NCBI GenBank assembly: GCA_951406725.2
Contig: OX597817.1
Span: 33,046,001 to 33,110,000 of the forward strand
DNA length: 64,000 nucleotides
DNA from: Octopus vulgaris
Lineage: Eukaryota
Direction of reading: 5' to 3'
Shown here piece after piece: positions 12,904-25,817 of this stretch. How positions within the stretch are numbered: the first letter of the stretch is position 1; every line of letters starts with the position of its first letter. The notes beneath the pieces are model-generated. The model had not been told where the DNA came from, ran no database searches, and was given only the letters and a program-made list of their open reading frames with translations. The position numbers were made by a program, and so were the translations under genes.

Positions 12904-13326
12904 CCTGTGTATTCAATTTTTCTAGGTTTTGTTGATACTAGCAACATTATTTAACAAATATTAAAAGCCAAGGAAAGCATCAAACAGTTAAGAATCCCAT
13001 CAGTGTTACTAATATTACTCTATAGTAAGGTGGTGAGCTGGTAGGATCATTAGCACACTGGACAAAATGATAAGTGGTATTTCGTCTACCTTTATGTTTT
13101 GAGTTTATATTTCACTGAGATTGATTTTGGCTTTCATCCTCTTGGGGTTAATAAAATAAGTATTAGTTGGGCAATGGGGTCAATGTAATCAAATTCCCCA
13201 TCTCTCAAAATTACTGGCCTTGTGCCAAATAAGAATTTTACGTTATAGTTTTTTTCAGGATACTCATATGAAAGAAATCCCTTCATCTCTCTCTCTCTCG
13301 TGTATATATATATATATATATATATT

Positions 13327-13522
13327 CTTTTACTTATTTTAGCCATTTGACAGCAGCCATGCTGGAGCACTGCCTGTAGTTGAGCAAAGTGACCCCAGTG
13401 CTTATAATTTGTAAACCTAGTACTTATTCTATCAGTCTCTTTCGCCAAATCACTAAGTTACTGGGATATAAAAGGCACCAGCGTTGGTTGCCAAGCAATG
13501 TTGGGGGCACACACAAACATAT

Positions 13523-13569
<47 letters not shown>

Positions 13570-13718
13570 CGATGGGCTTTCATTTTCCGTCTAACAAATC
13601 CACTCACAAGGCTTCGGTCGGCTTGAGGCTTTAGTAGCCTCGAGGTGCCACGCAGTGGGACTGAACCTGGAACAGTGTGGTTGGTTAGCAAGCTACTTAC
13701 CACACAGCCACTCCTGCC
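13327..13718 (-). mobile_element. tRNA-derived SINE, second family, near full length with internal (CA)n(TA)n
   Basis: Minus strand begins GGCAGGAGTGGCTGTGTGGTAAGTAGCTTGC...GGTTCAGTCCCACTGCGTGGCACC; sibling plus-strand copies at ~10061-10440, 11216-11636, 11722-11865, 30434-30580, 37895-38080 and 43382-43702. Confidence 0.82.
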
Positions 13719-14235
13719 CATATATATGGGTTGCTGAACTCTACACGTTTTTTCATTTTCTCTTAGCTTATTTCTCATTCCTTTCTGTTGAAGAGCATAG
13801 GCTGAAAACAATAGACTTTTTCATTTTCAAACTAATACACTTGCTTGTTGCTTATATACCTATCAAGGCCTTTTTTCTTTTTTGTTTTTCTATATATATA
13901 TATGCACACACACACACACTTCTTTACTTTTGCCACATACAGTACACCTTCAGTCTCTTCAGTAACATACCCCATCTACAGTCAGTTGTTTATTTTGCTC
14001 TGATTAGAATATCTAGTGTCAAACCAAAGGAAATTACTTACACCCATCGTTATGTAAATTAATGTTTTTCTATTCTACTAGCAATAGTGATGTAGTCATG
14101 TTATAAGAGTTAAAAACTTCAGGAGGTTGAATTTTAATTAATTGCTCATTGTTTTTCTTGATGTTATCATATATATTTGGTTATTGTTGTGGCTACATAT
14201 ATCTATCTATATTACCATTCCTTTTTGTTTTACAG

Positions 14236-14426
14236 GCTTTTGCAAACATGACACTGGCCACACGGCGGGCTCTGTGTGCAGTCATGGTTTATGCACAAGT
14301 AAAGGAGGCTGGCACTCAAGTAATGAAAGATGGAGAAATGCTCGACTCTTGGTCTGTGATTCTCAATGGAGAAGTAGAAATTACATACTTAGAGGGGAAC
14401 AAAAAGATTTTAGCAATGGGAAACAG
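14236..14426 (+). CDS. RAPGEF2: PDZ-GEF exon, cNMP-binding domain ([18 protein letters not shown]...[13 protein letters not shown]...)
   Basis: tttacag|GCT ... AAC AG|gtatgt; 191 nt, phase 0-2. Confidence 0.95.
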
Positions 14427-15688
14427 GTATGTGAAAAATCATATCTAACTAAGTATTTTTTTTTACCTAAAACTTACCTGTCTTTTTCTAAACATTTTCC
14501 TGGCATTTTTCATTCTATTTAATCAGACATCCCTTTTAGCTCCATAACAAACTGTTGACATCTGACATGTCTTTAAACAAAAACAGACTATCAATCATAA
14601 TATTGCTAAGATTGCTGTCTTGTCTTACCTTTGAAACAAATTCAATGTATAAAAATGTTGTACAAAATCCAAATTTAAAAAAATTTTATATATCATGTAC
14701 TCGTTCATTGAAGTTAGTATGCTTGGCTGTAATGTTAGGTTCAAATCTATGAAATGCACATATTACATTGACAGAGATTGAAAGAAGCTTATTGCACATG
14801 CATATGTTTACTTTCATACTTCTCTGCAAATTGTTCAGCTGCAAGGGGTGATGTTGTTGCATATCATGTCAACACAACAAATTATCTGCTAGTTTAGTGC
14901 CTTTGGAAAACTGCAAAATAAAAGTTACCTCACTTGAAAAACCAGTAAGGATTATTGAAAAGAGCATCAGGCTGTAAAAAATTGTTTCGAGGATATATTT
15001 ATCTAATCCATGCTAATATGGAAAAATGGGCATAAAAATGAGGCATTGATAATATGTATTCAAGTGTAAGTGTATGCTTAGATATTCCATAGCCTGTTAC
15101 TAGTTGAACAAAACAGTGATAGTATTGACATTTCTTGTTGACATTTTGACCGATTACTCTGCACTTTCAGTTGGGGTTGGTGACAAGAACTGGCTGTAAA
15201 ATCCTGCTTCAAATAAGTCTGTGTCCAGCCTATGCTAGTATGGAAAAATAAATGTTGGGACAAATGAACATCATCTTCATCATCGACATTTAACTTCTCC
15301 CAGTGTTAGAAGCATATAAGCAACTCAGCTGGCAAAAATGAGTAGTACCTGTATTTCAAAGGGCCGGCCTTGTCACACACTGTGTCATGCTGAATCTCCC
15401 CGAGAACTACTTTGGGGGTACACGTGCTTGTGGAGGGCTCAGCCACTTACACATTAATTTCACAAGCAGGCTATTCCGTTGATTGTATCAGCTGGGACCC
15501 TCGTCGTCGCAACCGATGGAGTGCTCCTGTAAAGCAACTGAGAAAACAAAACTCACTTGGCTGATGTGCCAGTCTGCTACAAGTTGAACTCCCAGCTGCT
15601 ATTGGTTCTTATTTTCAATTGAGTATATTGTTGCATGTTGAAATAAAATATCTTGTTTAAGGGTACAATGTGCTTTTTAGTCAGGGAA

Positions 15689-15921
15689 TTGAACCTACAA
15701 CCTTATGTTTGTGTGCTTTACACTAACCTGACCATTAGGTCATGTGCCTTTACATTTTTACCTGAGAGTAGATCGGATGTAACATGAAATAAAGTGCCTT
15801 GTTTGAGGGTACCATATGCTGCTTGGTCTGAGAATTGAACCTACGGCCTTATAATTGCGTGCTTAATACTATAACCATAAGGCCTTGTGCCTTAACGTTT
15901 TTACCTATGTTTGCCTTATGT
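15689..15921. repeat. 233-bp direct duplication, second copy at 20504-20736
   Basis: Near-identical (a handful of substitutions) from TTGAACCTACAACC to TTTGCCTTATGT. Confidence 0.9.
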
Positions 15922-16222
15922 ACCTATCTACATACGGCCATGTACCTATGTTTTACCTAAACCTTAATCTAGTCAAGGAACGTAACTCTGCTTCTCTGTG
16001 TTTGAATGACAAAACGAGTTTCACACCTATTTCATGGTTGAATTGGTTTAACAGGAATTGCATCCAACTGTGTAAAACAGTTGTTCCAACTATTCCACTC
16101 ATGCTAGTTATGGTAAATGGATATGAGAAAAAAAAAATCGATTTCTGTTTAAGTTTCACTTATTGTTGTCAGAATTTTGTTTTATTTATATAAATCAATT
16201 TTCTCTCTCTCTCTTTTTCTAG

Positions 16223-16340
16223 TTTTGGTGTTTCTCCTTCTCTGGATGTACAATTGAATAATGGTGTCATGGTAACCAAAGTTGATGACTGCCAATTTGT
16301 CTGCATTGCACAAGATAAATATTATAATATCTTACATGAG
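16223..16340 (+). CDS. RAPGEF2: PDZ-GEF exon, cNMP-binding domain (SFGVSPSLD...[22 protein letters not shown])
   Basis: tttctag|T TTT GGT ... GAG|gtatgt; 118 nt, phase 2-0. Confidence 0.95.
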
Positions 16341-16497
16341 GTATGTTCTGTCAGCTTGACAAAATCTGTTCTTTCTTTTGTTGTTTATATATCAACATTT
16401 GTCTCTGATTTATTATATTAAAAAAAAGTTTTTTTCACTGTATTATCATCTTCATCATCATCATCATTACTAAGGTAGACTTTCATTTTTATACCAG

Positions 16498-16602
16498 GGT
16501 GAAGAAAACACAAGAAAACATGAGGAACAAGGCCAGGTTGTCATGGTTACTGAACACCGTGTATTAGATGGTTTAAACAGAAAGGGACATATTGTTATCC
16601 GC
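16498..16602 (+). CDS. RAPGEF2: PDZ-GEF exon (GEENTRKHEEQGQVVMVTEHR...RKGHIVIR)
   Basis: ataccag|GGT ... CGC|gtaaga; 105 nt, phase 0-0. Confidence 0.95.
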
Positions 16603-16888
16603 GTAAGAATAACTTATTTCATTCAGTTATTTCTGTAATCAGTTAATCTTCCATTAATACTTCATTTTATTGTTGTCATCTGAATTAACTGTGATTTCCA
16701 ACTCAAGTTATTATTACACTATATTTATGTCTGTGTGAATTCAAAATTGTACAACTAACTTTACATTTCCATTAACTTATTTTACACCAGAGTTGTCACT
16801 GTGAGATGTGGCATTAGCAGATTTGCATAGAGAAAAATTTTCTTAATGAATATATGGTGTGTGTGTGTGAGTGTACATATATATATAT

Positions 16889-17396
16889 ATCCTTGAGTAT
16901 AATCTACATTTTTTCCTTAAAATTTAACGATCAAAATCCCTAGTGCATACTGTAGATGATGTTAAAAATGAAAATTATTTTCTAAGCAATGTCCAAGTCT
17001 CAATTTGCTGTCTGGCAATGTTTATTCAGACGCATTTTGTGATGTCGGGCACGAAAATACCTTAAGCTAAGCTTGAAAGCAATGAAGTCATAAAAGAATC
17101 ATCCATAACTTGCAATAAGCAACATTTATTAAACGTTATTACTGTTATTTCTTTATTTTCTGCAAACAGAATGCACAAAAAAGCTACACGTTTGCATTAT
17201 GTTATATATACAATAATAATAAAGGACGTTACCGTATACATTTTTACAAACCAAGGACGTTATGTAGACCTCCTTGACTCAAGTTAGAGAAGGGGTGCGT
17301 ATTATACATAAGGTTTAGGTTTTTCAGAGGTACAGCCCCCAATAAAAATCTTCTGCATATTATACTCAAGGGCGGACTATACTTGAGGATTTACTG
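16889..17396. mobile_element. Second copy of the Tc2-like MITE (left end eroded into (TA)n)
   Basis: Shares both terminal regions with 21191-21702 in the same orientation; the central segment differs. Confidence 0.78.
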
Positions 17397-17973
17397 TGTG
17401 TGTGCATATATATATGTATATATATATATATATCATCATCATCATCACAAGATGAAAACATTGCAATTTTAAGTGAGATTGAACCTTTTAAAATGTCACT
17501 TAATGGAGATTTTGAAACAGAGAGAATCACTTCTCTTATAACTGAAAAGATCAAATTAGATTATTTATTCATCTCATTCTCATAGTTTGTGTTGTTCTTC
17601 ACTCAGAAATAAATTTTGTTAGATACATTTTTACATATTTGTGCATTTACAGAATACACCACCTCTTGTAGATATGATGCTATTTTTATTTGCATTTTTT
17701 CCCCCCGACTTTCTGTCTGTTATGGACAATGGTTGGTTTATATTGTTCTATTAGTAGGGCATGTTAAATGATAAAATGATAAAACAAACTTTGCAGTTAC
17801 TGTAATTTTGTGCTGCTTCTGTGATAAGGAATTCAGTGATAGCTCTGCCATCTATCATTTTCCACATGAGAAAGTTGAATACAATGTTATGATAAGTGCA
17901 ATTTCAAAGCTAATTGCATTTACCGAGTCAATCTGGTGATGTTTGTTTGTGCATGCGTGCACTCACTCACTCA

Positions 17974-18006
<33 letters not shown>

Positions 18007-19039
18007 ATATAAACAGACACACTAATTTATCTGACTAGTCTATGTGTCTATATAGGCTTGTCAGATAAATTTGTATATGAGGTTGTTGGATCTAATTTCC
18101 TCATTCTGCTCATATTATTCCTTTGACTGTTATATTATGTAAGGGCATACTACTTTAGCTTTTTGTTTTTATTACTGGCTTCCGAACATGGATTACTGTT
18201 ACATAACAAGAACTGTATTTGTGTTGGAAAAAGATACCTGGGATAGAAGAATATTATTTGGAAATGCCATAAAATTGAAATAAATTTTAAGATAAAAAGC
18301 ATGTTCCTAATGTTAATCTCTTAATCTTCTTCAAACTACTTTAAAGAAAAAAATGATAAGGATACATTGAATTAGAATGTGAATTTGGTTTCTTGTTTAA
18401 CCTCCACCATCTTTTGTAAGTTCCAAAAATTCAGAAACTAAATTTTAAGTATTGTATTTTTATTATCGATCTATAAATATTTTTATTTAAACTTTTTTTT
18501 TTATTACTATGTTTTCTAATCTTGCAATATTAGAAGTACAGATCCAAAAAGTTAAGATTTATAAATACAAATATAAAAAGAAGAAAAAAATTACTAAAAT
18601 CAAGACAAAATAATGAATATAAGAGAGGTCGTCATGACCTCCAATCAGTCGAATCCAAGCAAAATATAAAAGGGTGAATAGAGAATTGATTTAGTGATAA
18701 TTATAGCTTGTTGGTAAAGATTTAGCCTTGCTGACTGTTCTAATATAATTTTAGAACATAGAATTGGTTGTGTGTGTGTAATATTTAATAATTGAATAAT
18801 AATCTATTTTAGCCTATAATCTAGCATAAAAGTGTTAAAGAAAGAGTTCTCTAATGATTATTTGACTATACTAGGTGATGTATTTGTTAAACTTAACCTA
18901 TCTTTTTAGTTATAGTGTTTGTTTGTTCAACTGCTGGTACTTCATTCTCTACTTGTGTACCTGGAAATTTTTCCTTGGGGGTATTTGTTTTATGGAAAGT
19001 GAAAGAAACACTCCATATCATCATCGTCATCTTTATCCT

Positions 19040-19239
19040 TCAAAACTTCCATGCTTCCTGAGATTCGCCAACACTACACCTGATTTTCTCCCCTCGATAC
19101 ACACGCAAGCATGTATCTGACTCATACACTGTTCACTTTCCAGACATTTGTACATTACTCCATATGCTTTATACGCACTTTTGACAAGTTGTGGTGCACC
19201 TGAGCACTGTATACAATAATTTCATTATTATTATTATTA
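19040..19239 (+). mobile_element. Probable LINE 3' end with (ATT)n tail
   Basis: GC-richer block ending ...CTGTATACAATAATTTCATTATTATTATTATT; family not identifiable. Confidence 0.5.
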
Positions 19240-20917
19240 CATTCATTTCCCATGCTGGCATGGATTGTGCAGTTCAACAGGCTCTCACAGATCAGTGAAC
19301 CATATCCTCCTCCAGTATCTCAGTTGCAGCTTGGTTTCTATGGTTGGGTGCCCTTCCTGCCACCAGCCACTTTATAAAGCATACAGGGTGCAATTTTTTT
19401 TAGCACTAGCACTAGTGTTGTCATGTCCTCAGCAATTTTAAAGATATTTCTTTATTGCCTACAAAGGGTTAAACATAGAGGGGACAAACAAGGACAGACA
19501 AAGAGATAAAGTCGATTACATCTACCCCAGTGAGTAACTGGTACTTAATTTATCGACCCCTGAGTCCTCTTAATCCCTGCATTGTATATGCTTGATTGAC
19601 CAACTATTTCACTGGGTGTGTTAGGTACCACCAGCACTAGTGAGCTTGCTTCATAATTCACAGAGCAAAAGAATGTTCAAGGTGTGGTGAGATGTTAAAG
19701 TATGCAGGACAGAACAGATTTATTGTTATAAAAGGGTGGTTGTGTGAGAAGTTACAATATGATGGGAGTGTGCGTGCATATGCATACATATGTTTGTGTG
19801 GACATTTATAAACTACATTGAGCTACAGTTACAAATGGTGGAGTCCTGGCTGGTGGCTGAGTTTCAGCCTGTGACATTTGTTGATATTTCTTGCCAACAC
19901 ATTGTCTGCTACCTCTGTACTTTAGAATTCCTCTAGAATAAAAAAAAAAAAAAGAAAAAAAATTCCCTTATTTGAAAAAGCAGATAAGGGTTGGTGACAA
20001 GAACATCTGGCTATAAAAAATCCTGTTCAGCTCCCCCCCCCCCATCTTCACATCTCTTTAGGCCATGCTAGCATGAAAAAAGAGATGTTAAATAAAATAA
20101 ACTAATGACTGTTTGTGTGTGCTCGAAATATTCTACATTGAAATAGTAGTTTTAGTTTATCTCCATTCAGAATTTAATGTCATTAAGGATGATGATGATA
20201 TCAATAACTGAAGCCTATTTTTTTTTATTATCAGTTCATTTTATTCTTTATTATCAATTCATTTTAATCTGGCTTAAATTTCTCTCCTCCTGCCTATGAT
20301 TGTGATTGTTCAAATATTAAAGATACGAAAGATATTCAGATAAGGATTCGTTATGCACTCAGTTTTCCTGATTGCTTGTCACAAATTAACTCTTTTAGCA
20401 GGCTGCTGTAAATTTTTAGCTTGGTAGCCTCAAGTAGGAAGAATAGTGGTCACACTGTTATCAAGTACTTAGAATCTGGGGTTCTGATCCTACAACCCTA
20501 TGTTTGAACCTACAACCTTATGTTTGTGAGCTTTACACTAACCTAACCATTAGGTCATGTGCCTTTACATTTTTACCTGAGAGTAGATCAGATGTAACCT
20601 GAAATAAAGTGCCTTGTTTGAGGGTACCATATGCTGCTTGGTCTGAGAATTGAACCTACGACCTTATAATTGCATGCTTAATACTATAACCATAAGGCCA
20701 TGTGCCTTAACGTTTTTACCTATGTTTGCCTTATGTTCAGTGCCATTCAATTAGCCATTGCATTATATATACAGATGTTAAAAAAAAAATAAAACACTTT
20801 TTTTTTAACATCTGTAACTAGCTTCCTTTATTCTTTGTATTCAATTTAAAAAAAAGTAACCTGTTTAAACTGTAATCTTGTTGTTTTAATCTTATTTTTC
20901 TGTATTTTCTACTTCAG

Positions 20918-21100
20918 GGGACTTCTGAACGTCTGATGCAACATTTAATTGAGGAGGAAAATTCTTCAGTCGACCCTACCTACGTTGAAGACTTCCTTTT
21001 AACATATCGTACATTCCTCAGTAGTCCAACATTTCTGGCCAATAAGTTATTGTCTTGGTTCAACAATAATGAACTTGGAAAATCCAATCTCAAGATGAAG
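20918..21100 (+). CDS. RAPGEF2: PDZ-GEF exon, REM domain ([13 protein letters not shown]...[15 protein letters not shown]...)
   Basis: cttcag|GGG ... AAG|gttatt (weak donor); 183 nt, phase 0-0. Confidence 0.92.
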
Positions 21101-21190
21101 GTTATTTCTTGTTTATATTTTTCAAATCTACTGTGTCTCTATATTTTAATCCTTATAAGTTAAAAATGAACACTAACCAAATACTGTATA

Positions 21191-21702
21191 CCGTAAATCC
21201 TCTAGTATAATCTGCATTTTTTCCCCAAAAAGTAAAGGTCAAAATCCCTAATGTGTACTATAAACAAGGTTAAAAATGAAAAATATTTTCTAAGCAATGT
21301 CCGAGTCTCTATTTGCTGTCCGGCAATGTTTATTCAGACGCATATTGTGATGTTGGGTGCGAAAATACCTTAAGCTAAGCCTGAAAGCAATGAAGTTATA
21401 AGAGAATCATCCATAACTTGTAGTAAGCAACATTTATTAAAATAAAAGTATTCAGAACACAGAATAACATATAACAAAAACAATTTGCAAACATATTTAC
21501 ATTCTCATAGAACATCACCATTATTGTATTGCGCATGCGCGGAAGTGTTTGTTCAACTAGGTGCTGCTGGCTTAATTACACACGACTTGAGTTAGAGAAG
21601 GGGTGCGTATTATACACAAGGTTTAGGTTTTTCAGAGGTACAACCCCCTAAAAATCCCCTGCGTATTATACTCAAGGGCAGACTATACTTGAGAATTTAC
21701 AG
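21191..21702. mobile_element. Non-autonomous Tc1/mariner (Tc2-like, CCGTA end) MITE
   Basis: TA|CCGTAAATCCTCTAGTATAATCTGC ... GCAGACTATACTTGAGAATTTACAG|TA; a second copy lies at ~16889-17396. Confidence 0.8.
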
Positions 21703-22320
21703 TACTAGTATTTTTAAAACAGTTTGTTTGAGTTTTCCACAAAATATTGTCAGGTCAAATCGAAAACTTACATTTTTCTTATTCAGATGTTTATGGTCCC
21801 CACACTCATAGGATCATCTGATCACTGCCTCATAACGTATCACACCAAAATATTCCCCCATAGTTCCACTTTCATACATATTATGATCATTTAAGTGATC
21901 AGTTCTGTACTGATTATTGGAGTAAAACAGCTTCATTTTTGGTAAAAATTATTATAACACTGTCTTTAAGTCATTGTTGAATGATGAAAGAGATAAATTG
22001 CTCCAATTCCCCTTACGATCAGGGAGGAATGTGGGCTCACTCACTTAGCCAGTGGGGTGGTATCATTTGCAGGCTAAAACAATGCAAAAGTACATTGTTT
22101 AGCAATGTGTAGCAACATCTGATAGCCTGGTTGGTCACACGATGTGATCACATACTTTTACAACATTAACCATAATAATGTGTAATGCTTGTTACTAAAA
22201 GATTCTTCAAAGATTGTTCTGAATTTTACTAAATAAATTATGATTTTATTAAATATACATTTATGAAACATTACTCATTGTATTTCATTAATAACCCATC
22301 TTGTCTCTTCACTTTTCCAG

Positions 22321-22428
22321 GTTGCCAGAGTGGTGTTATTGTGGGTGAACAATCATTTCAATGATTTTGAAATGGATGCAGTTATGTGTGAATTTTTGGA
22401 GCAATTTGAAAATTTATTGGTCCAAGAG
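22321..22428 (+). CDS. RAPGEF2: PDZ-GEF exon, REM domain ([17 protein letters not shown]...)
   Basis: ttccag|GTT ... GAG|gtaaat; 108 nt, phase 0-0. Confidence 0.95.
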
Positions 22429-23371
22429 GTAAATTTCATTCACTTTTATAATCAAAAGAAAATATATTTCATCAATTAATCTCAATAGTACTAAAAGTTT
22501 TATCTATATTTAAATATCCTTCAAAAATGGTAAAATTCAATTCATTTACATATCTTGATTGATATCCTGTTTACGTCAATTTATTTTTAGGAGAGTTATT
22601 ATAAGAAAATCTATACAGAGTAATCATTATAAATATTACTGTCATGTAGGGGGTGGGAATAGAAGGTAGAATACATAGCAATTACAGGATCTCCTAAACT
22701 TTGGAATCTGCAAATGGTATGATCTGGGTCCCATTGAGTATACCTCTCATTGGGTCAACTAAAATTATCAGGAACTGATAACAAACACTATATACTGTAA
22801 ACACACACACACATTGGAGCTGAAATATTAGAGCAAATGATCTTTGTAAAATGTAAACAAAGCATTTCACTTATGAAATGATTCGTCTGAATGTCCTCTA
22901 ACCCTGTTTTATAAGGAAACCTCTGCAGGCATATATAATGTAGTAGGATGTGCTGGACATGATAGTATCAACAGTTTCTAACTAATTTTTCTTTTCAATG
23001 ATAATCATGTTAATATTTATTTCAAGAAGAACCTTTCTCAAGGTCTTATGTTTGAATAAAGAATACATATTCGATTGTTAACTTTGTTATATTTCCTTCA
23101 TTACAATATATATATATATATGTATGTATGTGTGTATGGTGAACATGATGCTCTCTTTACCACTTCCTCTCTCTTATAGCTATTACTTTCTCACACTCCC
23201 TGTCGGTCATGACTATTACTCTCACTACTTCTCCTTCACTGAATTACGATTTTCTCTCCTCTCCCTTCACTTATACTACTCTTTCTCTCACTCCCTCCTA
23301 CTGCGTGATTTTGGACAAATATATACGCACAAATATATAAAAACACTATGCTCATTATTAATTTAGATGAT

Positions 23372-23758
23372 CCTTCTGTTAGATATAGCTTCATAAGCAT
23401 TTTATGGTTGGTGAATATGAAACCTGTTTCACAGATAAACTATGTAGTTCGTATTCTAGAAACATATGTGAACTTAACATAAAGTACTAATATTTTGAAA
23501 ATTATTCATTAAACCTTACAATCTTATGTCATCTCAATCATCATCATCATTTGAACATGGATGTTAAATGATGATGATGGTGATTGAGATGACATGAGGT
23601 TGTAAGGTTTAATGTATAATTTTCGAAATATTAGTACTTTATGTTAAGTTCACATATATGTTTTCAGAACATGAGCTACATAGACAGTTTATCTGTGAAA
23701 CCAGTTCCATATTCACCAACCATAAAATGTTTATAAAGCTATTTCTAACAACAGAAGG
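23372..23758. repeat. Long fold-back palindrome, ~190-bp imperfect stem, apex AACAT-GG-ATGTT at 23554-23565
   Basis: Left arm 23372-23558 is the reverse complement of 23561-23758 with scattered substitutions and small indels. Confidence 0.93.
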
Positions 23759-24727
23759 TAGAATACATATCAATTATAAGATCTACTAAACTTGGGAATC
23801 TGCAAGTGGTATGAAAAATATTTTTCTTGTAGACATGGTTTCATCATCCACAGATGTTTGACTCTATTCTAAAATTATTGAAGAATACAAAAGAATATTA
23901 TAAAGAAAATTTCATTGTATAAATTTTTAATGCTATGATTTTTTCTGCTAACATTTAATACTTCTAAGCTGCATTAAGATATTAATACTGTAAAGCTGTA
24001 TCATTGTCTTTGTCAGTGTTATCTTATTCTGCTACTTATTGGTGTAGTATTACCTCTAATGGATATTTGCGAAATTCTTAAATGTACAGAAGGGGATGGA
24101 GAAGATTGGCAGAATTGTTAGAAGATTGGATAAAATGCCTTGCAACATTTTTCTGGTTCTTTATATTTTGAGTTCAAATCTCACCAAGATCAGTTTTGCC
24201 TTGCATCCATCCGAGTGTCAGTGAAGTGCATGAATCCAATTCTCTCCTCCAAATTTCCAGCCTTGTGCATCTACTAGAAACAATTGTTTTGACCACACAG
24301 CTGTAGCTCAAGCCAACAAGCAAGCCATTATGCAGTTTCTAAAAACAGCAACCAAATCTCCCTCAACTTGGTCTTCAAAAAGAAAGGACACCCAAAATAG
24401 CATAGTTACAATGTTTGAAGGATAAATAAGACAGAATGGTCATAAGAAGAATGCTTTCGATTATAGATATACTTGCTCAATCAAGTCTGGTTTTTCACAA
24501 TATAACCTGATATTGTTTTGTGTTTGATCCATATCTTTGCTGGTGAAATAGAGCTATGATTGAAAATAACAATTAATTGGTAACTTTGAATAGGTATCTA
24601 TTCAGTACCTAGAAATATTATAAAAAATATAAGCCAAAAGGATTACCTTAATTGAAATTAAATTTGCCTTAACCACTTTTGACAATTCTTGATGATTGTG
24701 TAATATCTTTACTTTTATACTTTTCAG

Positions 24728-24931
24728 AAAATGAATAGTCAACTGCATCTTTTGGAGTTAGCATGTTCCAGCAAAGCACACCCAAGAACAGTAACACTAA
24801 CGCGAGCAACCAGAGAAGAGATTTTAAATTTTCTCATTATTGGTGGACTAGAAAGAGGTGCTGGAATCTTTGTAACACAGGTTGAGAAAGGATCAAAAGC
24901 CTATGATGCTGGTCTGAAAAGAGGGGACCAG
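24728..24931 (+). CDS. RAPGEF2: PDZ-GEF exon, PDZ domain N-half (...LNFLIIGGLERGAGIFVTQVEKGSKAYDAGLKRGDQ)
   Basis: tttcag|AAA ... CAG|gtatga; 204 nt, phase 0-0. Confidence 0.95.
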
Positions 24932-25316
24932 GTATGATAATATTATTTGTCTATGTAACCCCTTACTTTTTAAATTTGATACCCTTTATCTTTCATTTGT
25001 TACCGTGGTCAAGTTGGGACTCTGCCTGGAAAGGTTTTTAGTTGACCAAATCGATCCCAGTAATATTTTTAAAGTCTGGTACTTCTACAGGGCTTTCTTG
25101 TCAAAGCACTAAGTTACAGTGACATAATTAAACCAATACTGACTATTAAGTGGTGGTGGTGGGGACACGAACAAAGACATTTACATGCTTGCACACACAC
25201 ACACACTGGGATTCCACACAGTTTCCATCTTTCAAATTCTCTCTAAATGAAATATTTTTGATGATGAGGATTTACAACTTAGTAATACTGTTTTGTTTGT
25301 TTACTTTTCGTTTCAG

Positions 25317-25425
25317 ATTTTAGAAGTAAATGGTGTCAACTTTATTAATGTATCTCACAGTAAAGCACTTGAAATATTAAAAGGGGCCACTCATTTATCT
25401 ATCACTGTAAAATCAAATCTTTTGG
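25317..25425 (+). CDS. RAPGEF2: PDZ-GEF exon, PDZ domain C-half (ILEVNGVNF...[21 protein letters not shown])
   Basis: tttcag|ATT ... TTG G|gtaagc; 109 nt, phase 0-1. Confidence 0.95.
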
Positions 25426-25596
25426 GTAAGCTATCAACCTTGTTTTAGTTTCCATTTGTGTCATTATTTTGGCTGCATAGTTAATAATCACTAAATATTA
25501 AAATTATTTCTACCGTAATAAATCTTAAAAAAACCAAAAAAAAAACCAACCTATCTCCTCTTTATTCATGTGCCATTTGTTTTTAGTGTAGTTTAA

Positions 25597-25817
25597 CCCT
25601 TTAGCACCTAAACCAACCATATCTGGCCAAAATAATCTTCCTGTTTTATTGTTGAAACTTGTCTGATCAAGCCTTTCACATCTACCTTACAATGTCATCC
25701 TAAAAATAGACCATCACACCATCAAAATCTCAAAGCTATGAGATAATTCATGATTAATTCAAAATAATCTTATTAAATAAGCATTATATGTGACAGAGTA
25801 ATCTGAATGCTAAAGGG
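25597..25817. mobile_element. piggyBac-like MITE, family A
   Basis: TTAA|CCCTTTAGCA ... TGCTAAAGGG|TTAA. Confidence 0.85.
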
